Assembly (NCBI GenBank): GCA_043815185.1
Contig: JBDRJF010000001.1
Span: 11,801 to 75,800, forward strand
Direction: 5' to 3'
DNA from: Candidatus Omnitrophota bacterium
GTDB lineage: Bacteria > Omnitrophota > Gorgyraeia > Duberdicusellales > 4484-171
Length of the DNA stretch: 64,000 nucleotides
Position 1 is the first letter of the stretch; every line of letters starts with the position of its first letter. The notes beneath the pieces are model-generated. The model had not been told where the DNA came from. It was given only the letters and a program-made list of their open reading frames with translations, and did no database searches. The translations under genes and the position numbers were made by a program. Below, piece after piece: positions 28,498 to 41,024 of the stretch.

Positions 28498-30558
28498 TTA
28501 AACTCCTAATATTCTTGACAATAATCCATCGGGAACCTTCTCGTAATATAAAGGCTCTATTGTATAGGATGCCCTACCTTGTGTCAAGTTTCTCAAGGCA
28601 TCTGCATAGTTAAAAACCTCCGATAAAGGCACATCTGACCTGGCTACACGAAGATTCTTCCGCTCCCGAATAGCGGCAATTTTTGCCCGGCGCGCATTTA
28701 AATCTCCAATAACCTGGCTAACGTATTCGGTAGGCGTCACTACCTCTAAATCCATTATCGGCTCCAACACAACAGACTTTGCTTTTCGCAACCCCTCTTT
28801 AACTGCTATCTCGCCAGCAACCTTAAAAGCTAATTCTGAAGAATCAACATCATGGAAAGAACCATCGATTAAAGTTGCTTTTATATCAACCACAGGATAC
28901 CCTCCCAAAATACCACTCTCGGCGGCCTCAAGAACCCCTTCCTTAACTGCCGGAATATATTCTTTAGGAATCGCACCTGATTTTATTTTATTTTCAAAAA
29001 CAACACCTTTACCTTTCGCTAAAGGCTCTATAAGTAATACTACATGCCCATATTGACCTCGGCCGCCGGTCTGCTGGATAAATTTACCTACAGACTCGAC
29101 TTTACGAGTAATCGTCTCCTTATAAGCAACCTGGGGTTTACCTACTCTTGCGTTTACCTTAAATTCTCTTATTAACCTCTCAACCATAATTTCAAGATGT
29201 AATTGCCCCATGCCGGAAATTATATTCTGTCCGGTCTCGCGATTGTAGGAAACTTTAAAAGAAGGATCCTCATCGGAAAGCTTCTGTAAAGCTCCCAGGA
29301 GTTTATCCTGGTCGGCTTTTGTTTTAGGCTCAATAGCCAAAGAGACAACCGGCTCAGGAAACTTTATGGCCTCAAGAAGTATGGGGTGCCGGCTATCGCA
29401 AAGAGTATCTCCGGTGGTTGTCTCCTTCAAACCGGTTAAACAAATAATGTCACCGGCTTTAGCCTCTTTAACCGCTTCTTGCTTATTAGCATGCATCCTT
29501 AAAATTTTTATAACCCTTTCCTTAACTTTCTTGCTAACATTATAAACATAAGACGAGGTGGCGATTTTTCCTGAATATATTCTGGCATAAAATAGTTTAC
29601 CGACAAAAGAATCAGTAAATACCTTAAAGCATAAAGCACAAAGCGGTGCTTTTGCATCAGCTATAACTGCCCTGGGTTCCTTACTTTTCTCCTCCAATCC
29701 AATTATCTCTTTTGCCTCTGAAGGCGAAGGAAGGTAACTACATACGGCATCAAGAAGCTGTTGAATCCCCTTGTTCTTCAAAGCCGAACCACATAGAACC
29801 GGAACAAATTTATTGACCAAAACATAATGCCGTATTCTCTCCTGAATCTCTTCTTTAGATATCTCATCGCTATTGATTACTTTATGCATAAACTGGTCAT
29901 CTAACTCAGCCATTTTTTCAATAAGTTTTTCTCTGTATTTTATTGAAGACTCTCTCAGCTCTTGCGGAATTTCTTCGGTCACAACTTCTTCACCCAATTC
30001 CCCCTTATAATATAAGGCTTGGTCTTGAATTAAATCTACTATCCCCACAAACTGTTCATCCTTATAGATGGGGATCTGAACAGGAGCTATAGTAATTTGT
30101 AACTTCTCCTCCATATCTTTAAGTACAGCAAAGTAATCAGCACCGACTCGGTCCAACTTATTAACAAAGGCAATACGGGGAACCTGGTACTCATCAGCCT
30201 GATGCCAAACAGTCTCTGATTGAGATTCAACCCCGCCTACAGCACAAAAAATAACCACTACTCCATCTAAAACTTTTAACGACCTCTCTACTTCCACGGT
30301 AAAATCTATATGCCCCGGAGTATCAATTATGTTAATCTGCTTACCTTTCCACTGACAATAAGTGGCAGCTGAAGTAATAGTGATACCGCGCTCCTTCTCC
30401 TGACTCATCCAATCAGTGATTGTCGTCCCTTCATGGACCTCACCAATCTTATATGTCCTACCGGCATAAAATAATATTCGTTCGGTAGTAGTAGTTTTCC
30501 CTGCATCGATATGGGCAATAAAGCCGATATTTCTTGTTTGGTCTAATCCTTTCTTCAT
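28498..30558 (-). CDS. fusA: Elongation factor G
   Basis: [37 protein letters not shown]; start could also be GTG 30582. Confidence 0.97.
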   Translation of the reverse strand: MKKGLDQTRNIGFIAHIDAGKTTTTERILFYAGRTYKIGEVHEGTTITDWMSQEKERGITITSAATYCQWKGKQINIIDTPGHIDFTVEVERSLKVLDGVVVIFCAVGGVESQSETVWHQADEYQVPRIAFVNKLDRVGADYFAVLKDMEEKLQITIAPVQIPIYKDEQFVGIVDLIQDQALYYKGELGEEVVTEEIPQELRESSIKYREKLIEKMAELDDQFMHKVINSDEISKEEIQERIRHYVLVNKFVPVLCGSALKNKGIQQLLDAVCSYLPSPSEAKEIIGLEEKSKEPRAVIADAKAPLCALCFKVFTDSFVGKLFYARIYSGKIATSSYVYNVSKKVKERVIKILRMHANKQEAVKEAKAGDIICLTGLKETTTGDTLCDSRHPILLEAIKFPEPVVSLAIEPKTKADQDKLLGALQKLSDEDPSFKVSYNRETGQNIISGMGQLHLEIMVERLIREFKVNARVGKPQVAYKETITRKVESVGKFIQQTGGRGQYGHVVLLIEPLAKGKGVVFENKIKSGAIPKEYIPAVKEGVLEAAESGILGGYPVVDIKATLIDGSFHDVDSSELAFKVAGEIAVKEGLRKAKSVVLEPIMDLEVVTPTEYVSQVIGDLNARRAKIAAIRERKNLRVARSDVPLSEVFNYADALRNLTQGRASYTIEPLYYEKVPDGLLSRILGV

Positions 30559-30587
30559 AATTGTCGCTTTTATAATATTCACTTATT

Positions 30588-31055
30588 CTAATACTTAAAG
30601 TGGGCAAATGCTCGGTTAGCTTCTGCCATCTTATGTGTATCTTCCTTCTTTTTGATTACTGAGCCCTCAAACTTGAACGCAGAAATAAGCTCGTCAGCTA
30701 ATTTAATCTTCATCGGCTTACCCTTCTTCTTTAAGGCCGAATCTTTCATCCAGCGTATAGCAATTGAAATTCCTCTATCTTTATTTACTTCCAAAGGAAC
30801 CTGGTAAGTTGCACCACCAATTCTTCTCGGTTTAACAGCCATCTTGGGACGAGCATTGTCTAAGGCACTAATGAATACTTTCAAAGGATCTTCTTTCAGG
30901 CGTTCACCAACAATATCAAAAGCGGCATAGATAATTCTCTGGGCAATACTCTTCTTACCATCGCGCATAATAATGTTCACAAAATTCCCCACTATTGGAG
31001 AATTATACTTTGGGTCTGCCTTTGCCTCTCTTTTAGGCGCCTTTCTTCTTCTCAT
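30588..31055 (-). CDS. rpsG: 30S ribosomal protein S7
   Basis: DGKKSIA, RRIGGATYQVP, HKMAEANRAFAH. Confidence 0.98.
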   Translation of the reverse strand: MRRRKAPKREAKADPKYNSPIVGNFVNIIMRDGKKSIAQRIIYAAFDIVGERLKEDPLKVFISALDNARPKMAVKPRRIGGATYQVPLEVNKDRGISIAIRWMKDSALKKKGKPMKIKLADELISAFKFEGSVIKKKEDTHKMAEANRAFAHFKY

Positions 31056-31082
31056 AACAACTTATCTCCTTAAAACTTTTTA

Positions 31083-31454
31083 TCACTTAGGTTTTTTAGC
31101 TCCGTACTTAGAACGTGACCTTTTTCTATTCTGTACTCCCTGACAATCAAGGGTTCCTCTTACGATATGATATCTTACCCCAGGAAGATCTTTTACTCTC
31201 CCGCCTCTTACCAAAGCAATAGAGTGTTCCTGCAGATTATGCCCTTCACCAGGAATATAGGCAGTAACTTCCTGACCATTAGTCAGTCTTATTCTAGCAA
31301 TTTTTCGTAAAGCAGAGTTAGGTTTCTTAGGAGTCATTGTCTTTACCTGTATACAGACGCCTCTTTTTTGGGGACATCGGCTTAAAGCCGGAGATTTCCC
31401 CTTTTTCTTCTTAAGTACACGGGCTTTTCTTATCAGCTGAATTATTGTTGGCAT
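31083..31454 (-). CDS. rpsL: 30S ribosomal protein S12
   Basis: [32 protein letters not shown]. Confidence 0.99.
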   Translation of the reverse strand: MPTIIQLIRKARVLKKKKGKSPALSRCPQKRGVCIQVKTMTPKKPNSALRKIARIRLTNGQEVTAYIPGEGHNLQEHSIALVRGGRVKDLPGVRYHIVRGTLDCQGVQNRKRSRSKYGAKKPK

Positions 31455-34400
31455 TTTTCTACCTCAACTTCCCTATATTTTTTCAAACCAGTTCCTGCAG
31501 GAATAAGGTGTCCCACAATCACATTCTCCTTTAACCCCAGCAAATAATCAACTTTACCGGCAGTAGCAGCATCAGCCAAAATTCGGGTTGTCTCCTGAAA
31601 GCTGGCTGCTGAGATAAAACTCTTTGTACTTAAAGAGGCTTTGGTGATGCCTAAAAGTAAAGGTGATGCAGTCGCCGGCTTACCCCCTTTTTTAATAATT
31701 CGCTCATTCTCGCGGCGAAAATCCCACTTATCTACCCCTTCGCCAGACAAAAATACACTATCACCAGAATCAACAACTTTTACCTTCTTAAGCATCTCGC
31801 GAATAATAACTTCGATGTGTTTATCGTTGATTCTTACACCCTGCAAGCGGTAAATCTCCTGTATCTCATTAACTAAGTGCTCCTGCAACACTTTATCGCC
31901 GCAGACCCTTAAAATATCTTGCAAAACTACCGGGCCTTCAATTAATTGCTGTCCAGCAACGACCTGATCACCCCGATAAACTATTGGGTGGGCTCCGGTA
32001 GGAATAATATACTCCCGCTTCATGCCGGTAGAACTACGGACAATAATCTTTCGTTCACCACCGCTCTCGGCAAACTCAATAAAACCATCTATCTCACTTA
32101 TAACCGCTGGATTTTTAGGTCTTCTGGCTTCAAATAACTCAGCTACCCGAGGCAATCCTCCGGTAATATCCCTTGTCTTTGCAACTAAACGCGGTGTCTT
32201 GGCAATAACATCACCGGCTTCGACCTCATTTCCTTCGTCAATCATTATATGAGCACCGGTGGGCAAAGGATAAAAACCAAGCACCTCTCCTTCCTTAGAA
32301 AGAGTAAGAATTTGCGGGTGGTAATCACCTTTAAATTCGTTTACTACCCTCTCTTTTCTGCCAGTAGTAACATTCAGTTCCTCCTGGATAGTAATCTTAT
32401 CAATAATATCTTCATACTTAACCTTACCTCCTAACTCGGCTAAGATTGGCGAAGAATAGGGGTCCCATCTAACAAATATTTTATCCTTGTCTACTTCCCC
32501 ATCATCAGGGACAGAAATCGAAGCTCCTTGCGGGACAGGATTTCGTTGTAGTTCGATTCCCTTATCATCGTTAATACTCATCATTCCGTTTCGATTAAGC
32601 ACTACAAAATGCCTTCCCTTGGGAACAACCCGAAGGTTATGGTATTTAACAACACCTTTATCTCTTGATTTTATAAATGACCTTTCCGCTACCCGAGAGG
32701 CTGTACCGCCGATATGGAAAGTTCTCATCGTAAGCTGAGTACCTGGCTCACCGATAGATTGAGCAGCTATGACTCCCACAGCTTCTCCGATCTCTACCAA
32801 TTTTTTGGAGGCTAAATTTTTACCGTAACACTTAATGCAAACTCCCCGTTCAGACTCACAAGTCAAAACGCTTCTAATTCTTATTTTCTCAAGGCCCAAC
32901 CGCTCTATTCTCTCAGCAACTTCTTCAGTGACTGCCTCATTAACCTTAACAATTGTTTCATCACTTACTAAATCAACAATATTATCTAAAGCAACCCTGC
33001 CCATTATTCGCTCTTTTAAAGAAACGACGACATCCTCTCCTTCGACAATCTCGGAAACGGTTATTCCGTTGACTGTCCCGCAATCTTCTTCAATAATAAT
33101 AACTTCTTGAGCTACATCCACAAGGCGACGGGTAAGATATCCGGCATCAGCAGTCTTTAAAGCTGTGTCGGCTAACCCCTTCCTTGCTCCATGGGTAGAA
33201 ATAAAGAATTCTAGCACCGTTAATCCCTCTTTGAAGTTAGAAGTAATTGGTATTTCGATAATCTCACCCGAAGGTTTAGCCATAAGCCCTCTCATTCCAG
33301 CTAGCTGCCTTACTTGAAGCCTTGAACCCCTGGCCCCTGAATCAGCCATCATGAAGACCGGATTATCCTTCTCCATGTTGGCAAAAACAAAATCTGATAC
33401 CCGGTCAGTAGTTCTTGTCCAGACATCAATGATTTTGTTATGCTTTTCTCTCTCAGTGATGATTCCCCGTCGGTATTGATCTTCTACCTTACTTAACTCA
33501 TTATTGGCCTCATCAATACACCCCTGCTTCTGGTCTGGTATTTTCAAATCGTCCACTGCAATGCTTATACCGCCTAAGGTCGCATATTCAAATCCCAAAT
33601 CCTTTATATTATCCAACAATTCAATCACGGCACTGTGGCCAAATTGCTTATAGCATTCATTAATAATTTCTGAGACGCTACGCTTATTTAAAACCTCATT
33701 AACAAAACGGAAACCTTTAGGCAAAATTTGGTTGAAGATAACTCTTCCGGTAGTAGTTTCAACTCTTTTTTTCTCACCGTTTTCCGATATCCTTAATTTG
33801 ATTTTAGCCTGAAGATCTACTTCTTCATCCTGGTAAGCAGTCATTACCTCATCACAATTAGAAAATGCTATCCCTTCACCCTTAGCTTTATCTTTACTCA
33901 TGGTGATATAGTGACAACCAATAATCATATCTTGGCTGGGTGCAATAACCGGCCGGCCATCAGAAGGAGAAAAAATGTTATTTACTGAGAGCATTATAAC
34001 TCGAGCCTCAGCCTGAGCTTCTAAGGACAAAGGAAGATGAACTGCCATCTGGTCACCATCAAAATCAGCATTAAAGGCGGCGCAGACAAGAGGATGTAAC
34101 TTGATTGCCTTACCTTCAACTAAAACCGGATAAAAAGCTTGGATACTTAACCGGTGTAGAGTCGGAGCGCGGTTAAGTAAAACCGGATGCCCTCTAATCA
34201 CATCTTCGAGGATATCCCAAACTTCAATACGGGCCCGTTCAACCATTCGCCGGGCACCTTTTATTGTATGTACAAACCCTTTTTCCCGTAATTTCTTTAT
34301 AATAAACGGCTCAGCTAACTCTAAAGCCATCTGTTTAGGAATACCACACTGATGCAGTTTTAGCTCTGGGCCGACAACAATAACACTTCTTCCGGAATAA

Positions 34401-35413
34401 TCTACCCGTTTACCCAAAAGATTTTGCCTGAAACGGCCCTGTTTGCCCTTAAGCATATCAGAAAGACTCTTTAAAGGACGATTTTGCGGTCCGACAACCG
34501 GTCGGCCATGACGCCCATTCTCCAATACGGCATCAACAGCTTCTTGAAGCATTCTTTTTTCATTACGAATAATTATATCCGGAGCACCTAAGGAAATTAA
34601 TTTTTTCAAACGATTGTTTCGATTTATAACCCGGCGGTAAAGATCATTGAGGTCGGAAGACGCAAACCGTCCGCCCTCTAAAGGAACTAAGGGGCGTAAG
34701 TCCGGTGGTATAATCGGAAGAGCATCTAAAACCATCCACTCGCATTTATTTCCCGAACGGCGTAAATCTTCAATTATCTTTAGCCGCTTCAGGAGCCTCT
34801 TATTTACCCCAACCTTCCCTTTTTCTATACTTTTACGTACCGTCTTACTCAATTTGTCTAAATCGATTTCTTTTAGAAGTCCCTTTATGGCATCGGCACC
34901 AATGAAGGCTTTAAAATCTGTTCCATATTTTTCTAAAGCTTCCTGATATCCAGATTCAGTAAGAAGCTGCCCGCGTTTCAAGGGAGCTGTACCGGGATCA
35001 GTCACTACATATTCTTCGTAGTAAATAATTTTTTCCAGTTGCTTAATGGTTAAATCAAGAAGTGCACCAACCCGGGAAGGAAGAACCTTAAAAAACCAGA
35101 TATGGGTTGCTGGTGCGGCTAAGGCAATATGCCCCATACGCTGCCTTCGCACTGAAGAATGAAGAATTTCTACTCCGCAACGGTCACATTTTAACCCTTT
35201 AAATTTTATTCCCTTGAGCTTACCGCAGTGGCATTCCCAATCTTTAACCGGCCCAAAAATCCTTTCACAGAAAAGGCCGTCTTTTTCCGGCTTGAGAGTA
35301 CGGTAATTGAGAGTTTCAGCTTTCTTTACCTCCCCTGAAGACCAACTTTTAATAACCCCATGCGAAGCTATTTTTATACTTATCCGGTCGAAAAAAGTAC
35401 CTTCTCCTATCAT
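31442..35413 (-). CDS. rpoC: RNA polymerase subunit beta-prime
   Basis: [32 protein letters not shown]; start at ATG 35413 (AAGGAG SD, ATGA overlap with rpoB). Confidence 0.99.
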   Translation of the reverse strand: MIGEGTFFDRISIKIASHGVIKSWSSGEVKKAETLNYRTLKPEKDGLFCERIFGPVKDWECHCGKLKGIKFKGLKCDRCGVEILHSSVRRQRMGHIALAAPATHIWFFKVLPSRVGALLDLTIKQLEKIIYYEEYVVTDPGTAPLKRGQLLTESGYQEALEKYGTDFKAFIGADAIKGLLKEIDLDKLSKTVRKSIEKGKVGVNKRLLKRLKIIEDLRRSGNKCEWMVLDALPIIPPDLRPLVPLEGGRFASSDLNDLYRRVINRNNRLKKLISLGAPDIIIRNEKRMLQEAVDAVLENGRHGRPVVGPQNRPLKSLSDMLKGKQGRFRQNLLGKRVDYSGRSVIVVGPELKLHQCGIPKQMALELAEPFIIKKLREKGFVHTIKGARRMVERARIEVWDILEDVIRGHPVLLNRAPTLHRLSIQAFYPVLVEGKAIKLHPLVCAAFNADFDGDQMAVHLPLSLEAQAEARVIMLSVNNIFSPSDGRPVIAPSQDMIIGCHYITMSKDKAKGEGIAFSNCDEVMTAYQDEEVDLQAKIKLRISENGEKKRVETTTGRVIFNQILPKGFRFVNEVLNKRSVSEIINECYKQFGHSAVIELLDNIKDLGFEYATLGGISIAVDDLKIPDQKQGCIDEANNELSKVEDQYRRGIITEREKHNKIIDVWTRTTDRVSDFVFANMEKDNPVFMMADSGARGSRLQVRQLAGMRGLMAKPSGEIIEIPITSNFKEGLTVLEFFISTHGARKGLADTALKTADAGYLTRRLVDVAQEVIIIEEDCGTVNGITVSEIVEGEDVVVSLKERIMGRVALDNIVDLVSDETIVKVNEAVTEEVAERIERLGLEKIRIRSVLTCESERGVCIKCYGKNLASKKLVEIGEAVGVIAAQSIGEPGTQLTMRTFHIGGTASRVAERSFIKSRDKGVVKYHNLRVVPKGRHFVVLNRNGMMSINDDKGIELQRNPVPQGASISVPDDGEVDKDKIFVRWDPYSSPILAELGGKVKYEDIIDKITIQEELNVTTGRKERVVNEFKGDYHPQILTLSKEGEVLGFYPLPTGAHIMIDEGNEVEAGDVIAKTPRLVAKTRDITGGLPRVAELFEARRPKNPAVISEIDGFIEFAESGGERKIIVRSSTGMKREYIIPTGAHPIVYRGDQVVAGQQLIEGPVVLQDILRVCGDKVLQEHLVNEIQEIYRLQGVRINDKHIEVIIREMLKKVKVVDSGDSVFLSGEGVDKWDFRRENERIIKKGGKPATASPLLLGITKASLSTKSFISAASFQETTRILADAATAGKVDYLLGLKENVIVGHLIPAGTGLKKYREVEVEKCQQ

Positions 35414-38400
35414 TTGCTCTCCTTTTCTGCCCTGATATCCAAACAAAGTCCCTGTAATTCCTTTATCAAAACATTGAAAGATTCGGGTACAGAAGGATGA
35501 AACTTTTGCTCACCTCTGACAATTGCTTCATATATGCGAGTTCTTCCTTCTACATCATCGCTCTTTACGGTAAGCATTTCTTGAAGAGTAAAAGCAGCCC
35601 CATAAGCCTCAAGAGCCCAAACTTCCATCTCTCCAAAACGCTGACCGCCAAATTGGGCCTTTCCTCCCAGAGGCTGCTGGGTAATAAGTGAGTAAGGCCC
35701 GATGGCCCGGGCGTGAATTTTATCATCAACCATATGTATCAATTTCATTATATATACATATCCTACACCGACCTTCTGAGCAAAAGGCTTTCCGGTATAG
35801 CCATCAAAAAGCGTAACTTTACCATCCTCAGGTAATCCTGCTTCAGTCAGCAAGGCTCTTACATCTTCCTTCCTTGCTCCATCAAAAACCGGCGAAGCAA
35901 TATTAAAGCCTAATTTTTTCGCAGCCCAACCCAAATGCATTTCCAGAAGCTGGCCAACATTCATACGCGAAGGCACACCTAAAGGATTTAGTAATATATC
36001 AATAGATGTACCGTCAGCAAGGTAAGGCATATCTTCTTCGGGCAAAATCTTAGAAATTACCCCTTTATTTCCGTGCCTTCCGGAAAGTTTATCACCAGCT
36101 GATATCTTCCGTTTCATAGCTACAAAGACAACTACCCGTTTCAAGACTCCGGCTGGAAGTTCATCGCCTTTTTTAATCTTGGCTATTTCCAGATCTTTTT
36201 CAATCGACAACTCACCAAGGCGTTCATCATAAATGTCAAGTATTGCTTTAGCTTCCTCATTATCTTCGCAATCCGAAACAGTAATCCGGCCTTCACTCTT
36301 ACCTAAACATATCCTTAATCTACGGCTCTTCTCTTGCTCTAAGAGCTTTTTTTCTTCCTCGTAATATGTCTCAATCTCTTTTATTCTTCGTAACTCCTCG
36401 GTCTTCTCTTTCTTAGAACGACGGCCCCGATCTTTCCGCTGGAAAACCTCAACGTTTGTAACTACACCGTATATGCCGGGAGGAACCCGCAAAGAAGTAT
36501 CCTTTACGTCAGCTGCCTTCTCGCCAAATATTGCCCGCAACAACCTCTCCTCAGGTGAAAGCTCTTTCTCAGTCTTAGGGGTTACCCGGCCAACTAGAAT
36601 ATCATCGGGCATAACTTCAGCTCCGATTCGAATAACTCCACTATCATCCAAATTGCCTAAGGTCTCTTCGCTGACATTCGGTATGTCTCGGGTAACTTCT
36701 TCATTACCCAACCTTGTCTCCCGAGCTTCGCACTCAAACCTCTCAATATGTAAAGAAGTGAGTGTGTCATCTCTTACCAATCTTTCATTAATAATAATCG
36801 CATCTTCAAAGTTATAACCTCTCCAAGGCAAAAATGCCACTAAAAGATTGGTGCCTAAAGAAAGTTTTCCGTCCTCTGTTGCCATCCCGTCGGCGATAAT
36901 TGTATTTTTCCTTACCTCGTCACCTTTCTTTACTAAAGGTCTTTGGTTTATACAAGTATCAGCGTTAGAACGGGTGAATTTCTTTAACTTGTAGGTAAAA
37001 TTCCCCACTCTTATGGAAGAAGAATCGACCTCTTCAATTTTCCCTGACTCTTTGCTAATTAGCACTACCCCGCTATCCCGGGCAACCTTTTCTTCAATTC
37101 CGGTCCCTACCAATGGTTGCTCTGGAAACATCAAGGGAACTGCCTGCCTCTGCATGTTAGAGCCCATAAGAGCCCGGTTTGCATCATCATGTTCAAGAAA
37201 AGGGATTAAAGAAGCGGAGACGGAAATGATTTGCTGCGGAGAAACATCTATGTATTCAATCTTTATTGGTTTAACTTTGGGAAATTTACCTAAATGACGA
37301 GCATAGATTTCTTTATCTTGAATTTTGCCATCCGCATCTATATTCGATGTTGCCTGAGAAATAACTCTATTCTCCTCCTCATCACCCATTAAATATTCGG
37401 TCTTATCGAGAACCCTACCGTCTTCCACTTTATGATAAGGGGTTGTCAAAAATCCCAAAGGATTTATCTTAGCATGAGTGGTTAAAGAAGCTAAGAGGCC
37501 GATATTTGCACCCTCGGGTGTTTCAATAGGACAGATCTTCCCATAGTGTGTGGGGTGAACATCGCGAACTTCAAAACCGGCACGTTCACGTGATAAACCT
37601 CCCGGCCCCATTGCCGAAAGTCTACGCTTATGAGTTATTTCAGCTAAAGGATTAGTTTGATCCATAAATTGAGAAAGGGGTGAACGAGCGAAGAAGTCTT
37701 GAATCTGGGTAGAAAAAGCCCGAGAATTTATAAGGTGCTGAATAGCAAATTCACTGGACGAAATAAGCGAATATCTGTCCAAGAAAGTCCGTTCTACTCT
37801 CAACAAGCCGACTCTCACTTGATGCTGGAGCAACTCGCCAATCAGTTTTACTCGCCGATTAGCAAGGTGATCGATATCATCGATATCCCGCTTGCCAGCC
37901 TTTACCATAAGTAATGTTTTAATAATCTCTATTACTGTCGCTAAATCTATGGTTCGTTTACTCAAACTAAACTCCATACCTAACTTCTTATTAAGAAGGT
38001 ATCGACCTACCTTCCCCGAGTCGTAGCGGCGCGGGTCAAGGAACATTCTTCGAAAGACCTCTTTAGCGGCTTCCAAAGTAATCGGTTCGGTAGGGCGCAT
38101 CTTTTTATAAAAATCTAAATATGACTCCTCTTTGCTTGTAGTTGAATCTTTCTTAACCGTATTGACTATTTCCGGATATGGTTTATCAGCAAAATTGCTA
38201 TAGATATCATCGTTGCTAGAAAGACCTAAAATACGCAGGATTTGCGTGACGGGAAAGGTTTTTCTGCGGTCAATAATGGCGGTAATCGTATCATTTATAT
38301 CAGTTCGAAATTCCAGCCAATACCCGCGATAAGGAATTATCCGGGCAAAGTAAATACGTTTACCAGTAGGGTGAACCTCCTCTTCAAAAAACACACCCGG

Positions 38401-38826
38401 AGAACGTTGTAGCTGGCTGATAATCGCTCGCTCATCGCCGTTGATGATAAACGAAGATGTCTCGGTCATCAGTGGGATGTCTCCCAAGTAAATTTCCTGC
38501 TCTCTTACCTCCCTGGAAGGATCGACCAATCTTAACCGCACCCTCAACGGGGCAGCATAAGTCTGAGACCTTTTTTTACACTCTTCCACGCTATAACGTG
38601 GCCGACTTAAATTATAAGAAACAAATTCTAAACGATATTGTTTATCCGGGCTCTCCATAGGAAAGATTTCCTTCAAAACCTCCTGGAGTCCAATATTCTT
38701 TCTCTTCTCTGGTAAGATATTAACTTGCAAGAATTCCCGGTAAGAACGTAACTGATGTTCAAGAAGATGAGACAAAGATAAACTCTTCTTAATTTTAGCA
38801 AAAGATAGTTGTTTGGCTTTTTTCAA
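35410..38826 (-). CDS. rpoB: RNA polymerase subunit beta
   Basis: LSQFMDQ, ETPEG, GDKLSGRHGNKG, GGQRFGEME; TTG start. Confidence 0.99.
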   Translation of the reverse strand: MKKAKQLSFAKIKKSLSLSHLLEHQLRSYREFLQVNILPEKRKNIGLQEVLKEIFPMESPDKQYRLEFVSYNLSRPRYSVEECKKRSQTYAAPLRVRLRLVDPSREVREQEIYLGDIPLMTETSSFIINGDERAIISQLQRSPGVFFEEEVHPTGKRIYFARIIPYRGYWLEFRTDINDTITAIIDRRKTFPVTQILRILGLSSNDDIYSNFADKPYPEIVNTVKKDSTTSKEESYLDFYKKMRPTEPITLEAAKEVFRRMFLDPRRYDSGKVGRYLLNKKLGMEFSLSKRTIDLATVIEIIKTLLMVKAGKRDIDDIDHLANRRVKLIGELLQHQVRVGLLRVERTFLDRYSLISSSEFAIQHLINSRAFSTQIQDFFARSPLSQFMDQTNPLAEITHKRRLSAMGPGGLSRERAGFEVRDVHPTHYGKICPIETPEGANIGLLASLTTHAKINPLGFLTTPYHKVEDGRVLDKTEYLMGDEEENRVISQATSNIDADGKIQDKEIYARHLGKFPKVKPIKIEYIDVSPQQIISVSASLIPFLEHDDANRALMGSNMQRQAVPLMFPEQPLVGTGIEEKVARDSGVVLISKESGKIEEVDSSSIRVGNFTYKLKKFTRSNADTCINQRPLVKKGDEVRKNTIIADGMATEDGKLSLGTNLLVAFLPWRGYNFEDAIIINERLVRDDTLTSLHIERFECEARETRLGNEEVTRDIPNVSEETLGNLDDSGVIRIGAEVMPDDILVGRVTPKTEKELSPEERLLRAIFGEKAADVKDTSLRVPPGIYGVVTNVEVFQRKDRGRRSKKEKTEELRRIKEIETYYEEEKKLLEQEKSRRLRICLGKSEGRITVSDCEDNEEAKAILDIYDERLGELSIEKDLEIAKIKKGDELPAGVLKRVVVFVAMKRKISAGDKLSGRHGNKGVISKILPEEDMPYLADGTSIDILLNPLGVPSRMNVGQLLEMHLGWAAKKLGFNIASPVFDGARKEDVRALLTEAGLPEDGKVTLFDGYTGKPFAQKVGVGYVYIMKLIHMVDDKIHARAIGPYSLITQQPLGGKAQFGGQRFGEMEVWALEAYGAAFTLQEMLTVKSDDVEGRTRIYEAIVRGEQKFHPSVPESFNVLIKELQGLCLDIRAEKESK

Positions 38827-38842
38827 GTTACTCTCCTATAAA

Positions 38843-38925
38843 ATGTAAACGGGTTTATGAGATAATGAGTAGATGGGTAAAAACTTTTCACCCATTCTCT
38901 CATTTACTCTTTCACTCTTTTACAC
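38843..38925. repeat. Periodic palindrome, 8-nt units
   Basis: Left GGGTTTAT GAGATAAT GAGTAGAT GGGTAAAA; right ACCCATTC TCTCATTT ACTCTTTC ACTCTTTT. Confidence 0.7.
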
Positions 38926-38930
38926 ACCTC

Positions 38931-39305
38931 TTATTTTAACTCTACAGTAGCTCCAGTAGCTTCTATCTTTTTCTTAATTTCTTCTGCTTCTTCTTTAGTA
39001 ACATTTTCTTTAACAGCCTTGGGAGTAGAATCGACTAGCTCTTTTGCTTCCCTTAAGCCTAGTTCAGTAACTGCCCTAACTTCCTTAATAACCGCTATCT
39101 TATTTGATCCGATACCGGTCAATATCACATTAAAGGAAGTCTTTTCTTCCTCTTCCTCTACTGCAGCAACACCAGCCGCCGCTACAGCAACTGCCGGAGC
39201 AGCAGCAGTTACGCCGAACTTCTCTTCACAGGCTTTTACTAACTCTGAGAGCTCCAAGACGGTCATATCCTCAACCATCTTCATAATATCTTCGATTTTA
39301 GACAT
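38931..39305 (-). CDS. rplL: 50S ribosomal protein L7/L12
   Basis: [34 protein letters not shown]. Confidence 0.98.
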   Translation of the reverse strand: MSKIEDIMKMVEDMTVLELSELVKACEEKFGVTAAAPAVAVAAAGVAAVEEEEEKTSFNVILTGIGSNKIAVIKEVRAVTELGLREAKELVDSTPKAVKENVTKEEAEEIKKKIEATGATVELK

Positions 39306-39315
39306 AACTACCTCC

Positions 39316-39870
39316 TTAATCCTTTTTCCGTTCTTTAACTTTTTTTATCTCTTCAACAACCCAGACAAACTTTAGAATCACCTGATTCAAAGTATTAAGA
39401 AAACCGCTCAAGGGTGCAGCAAAGGAAGATACAACCTGACTGATAAGTACCTCGCGAGAAGGAAGTTTGGCTAAAGTATTTATCTCTTTTGGGCTGATTC
39501 TTCTCTCTTTAATAACCCCGCCCTTCAACTGCATAACTTCGCTCTCTTTGGCGAAATCAACAAGGATCTTGCAAGCCTTTACCAGGTCATGATCTTTGAT
39601 CACTACAATACCAGTTTCCGCTTTCAGCAAGCTGCCAATATCTTCCCAGCCAAGATCTTTTAAAGCTCTTTCAAATAAAGAATTTTTAGCCACAAGAATT
39701 CGAGCTCCCGAATCCCGAAGATTATTGCGTAACTGATTAAGTGGAAAAGCTCCTAGCTTATTAAAACTGATGAAAAAGTAACTTTCGGTGTCTTTAATAC
39801 CCTGCTTTAGACCCTCGACGATTCTTTCCCGGGTTAATAAACCTATTTTTTTTACTTCTTTAGCCATCAC
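39316..39870 (-). CDS. rplJ: 50S ribosomal protein L10
   Basis: [18 protein letters not shown]; lies between rplA and rplL. Confidence 0.95.
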   Translation of the reverse strand: MMAKEVKKIGLLTRERIVEGLKQGIKDTESYFFISFNKLGAFPLNQLRNNLRDSGARILVAKNSLFERALKDLGWEDIGSLLKAETGIVVIKDHDLVKACKILVDFAKESEVMQLKGGVIKERRISPKEINTLAKLPSREVLISQVVSSFAAPLSGFLNTLNQVILKFVWVVEEIKKVKERKKD

Positions 39871-39873
39871 TTT

Positions 39874-40554
39874 TTATAGACTAAATTTTATTGCTGGACT
39901 CATCGTTGTCGATAAATAAAGATTTTTTATAAAATCACCTTTGACTGCCGAAGGCCTTGCCGCTGCCAGCGCCGAAACAAAAGCCTTTACATTCTCGGTA
40001 AGAGCCTCGGTGCTAAATGATAACTTCCCTACTCCAGCATGAATGCACCCTAATTTATCCATCCGAAAATCAATCTTTCCTCTCTTGGCTTCTCCTACCG
40101 CATAAGCCACATTTTCGGTTACCGTCCCAGTCTTAGGCGAAGGCATAAGTCCGCGGGGACCAAGGAATTTTCCTAACTTACTTGTTAAACGCATCATTGA
40201 AGGCGTAGATATACAACAGCCGAAATCAATCCAACTTTCTTTTAAAATTTTATCAATAATTTCTTGTGACCCGATATAATCAGCACCTGCTTCCTTAGCA
40301 TCGTTTTCTTTATCAGGTTCACAAAAAACTAGTACTTTTATCTGTTTACCGGTCCCATGCGGTAACATAACCGAGCCCCTAACCATTTGATCGGATTGTT
40401 TAGGGTCAGCCCCTGATTTTCCGCTAATTTCCACCATTTCATCAAACTTAACACATGGCATTGATTTCAAAATCCCTACTGCATCATTTAAAGAATAAAC
40501 CTTATTTTTATCGACTAATTTTTCTGCTTCCCGGTATCGCTTGCTGTGAGCCAT
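39874..40554 (-). CDS. rplA: 50S ribosomal protein L1
   Basis: KFDE, VRGSVMLPHGTGK, LGPRGLMPSPKTGTV. Confidence 0.98.
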   Translation of the reverse strand: MAHSKRYREAEKLVDKNKVYSLNDAVGILKSMPCVKFDEMVEISGKSGADPKQSDQMVRGSVMLPHGTGKQIKVLVFCEPDKENDAKEAGADYIGSQEIIDKILKESWIDFGCCISTPSMMRLTSKLGKFLGPRGLMPSPKTGTVTENVAYAVGEAKRGKIDFRMDKLGCIHAGVGKLSFSTEALTENVKAFVSALAAARPSAVKGDFIKNLYLSTTMSPAIKFSL

Positions 40555-40572
40555 AGTTACTCGCTCCTTATC

Positions 40573-41007
40573 CTATACTACCTTAATTCCACAACTCTTA
40601 GCTGTACCCTCGACTATTCTTTTAGCTGCCTCTAAATCCTTAGTATTTAAATCTTGCATTTTCTCCTCAGCAATCTTTCTAACTGCCTCTTTAGTCACTT
40701 CACCGATAATTTCCTTCCCAGGAAGGGAGCTAGCTTTGGCTAAATTAGCCGCTCGCTTTAAGAGAAAAGAGACCGGTGGGCTCTTGACGATAAAATCAAA
40801 AGACTTATCTTCATAAACACTAATTATAACCGGTAAAATTATTCCCTCTTTTTGCTTTGTGCTATCGTTAAAGGCTTTGCAAAACTGCATAATATTTACA
40901 CCGTGCTGGCCTAATGCTGGCCCAACCGGAGGTGCGGGATTAGCTGAACCGGCGGGAAGTTGTAATTTTATCTGAGTTACTGGTTTTTTCTTTTTCTTCT
41001 TAGCCAT
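40573..41007 (-). CDS. rplK: 50S ribosomal protein L11
   Basis: [26 protein letters not shown]. Confidence 0.98.
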   Translation of the reverse strand: MAKKKKKKPVTQIKLQLPAGSANPAPPVGPALGQHGVNIMQFCKAFNDSTKQKEGIILPVIISVYEDKSFDFIVKSPPVSFLLKRAANLAKASSLPGKEIIGEVTKEAVRKIAEEKMQDLNTKDLEAAKRIVEGTAKSCGIKVV

Positions 41008-41024
41008 TGTTCGCTCCGCTCACT

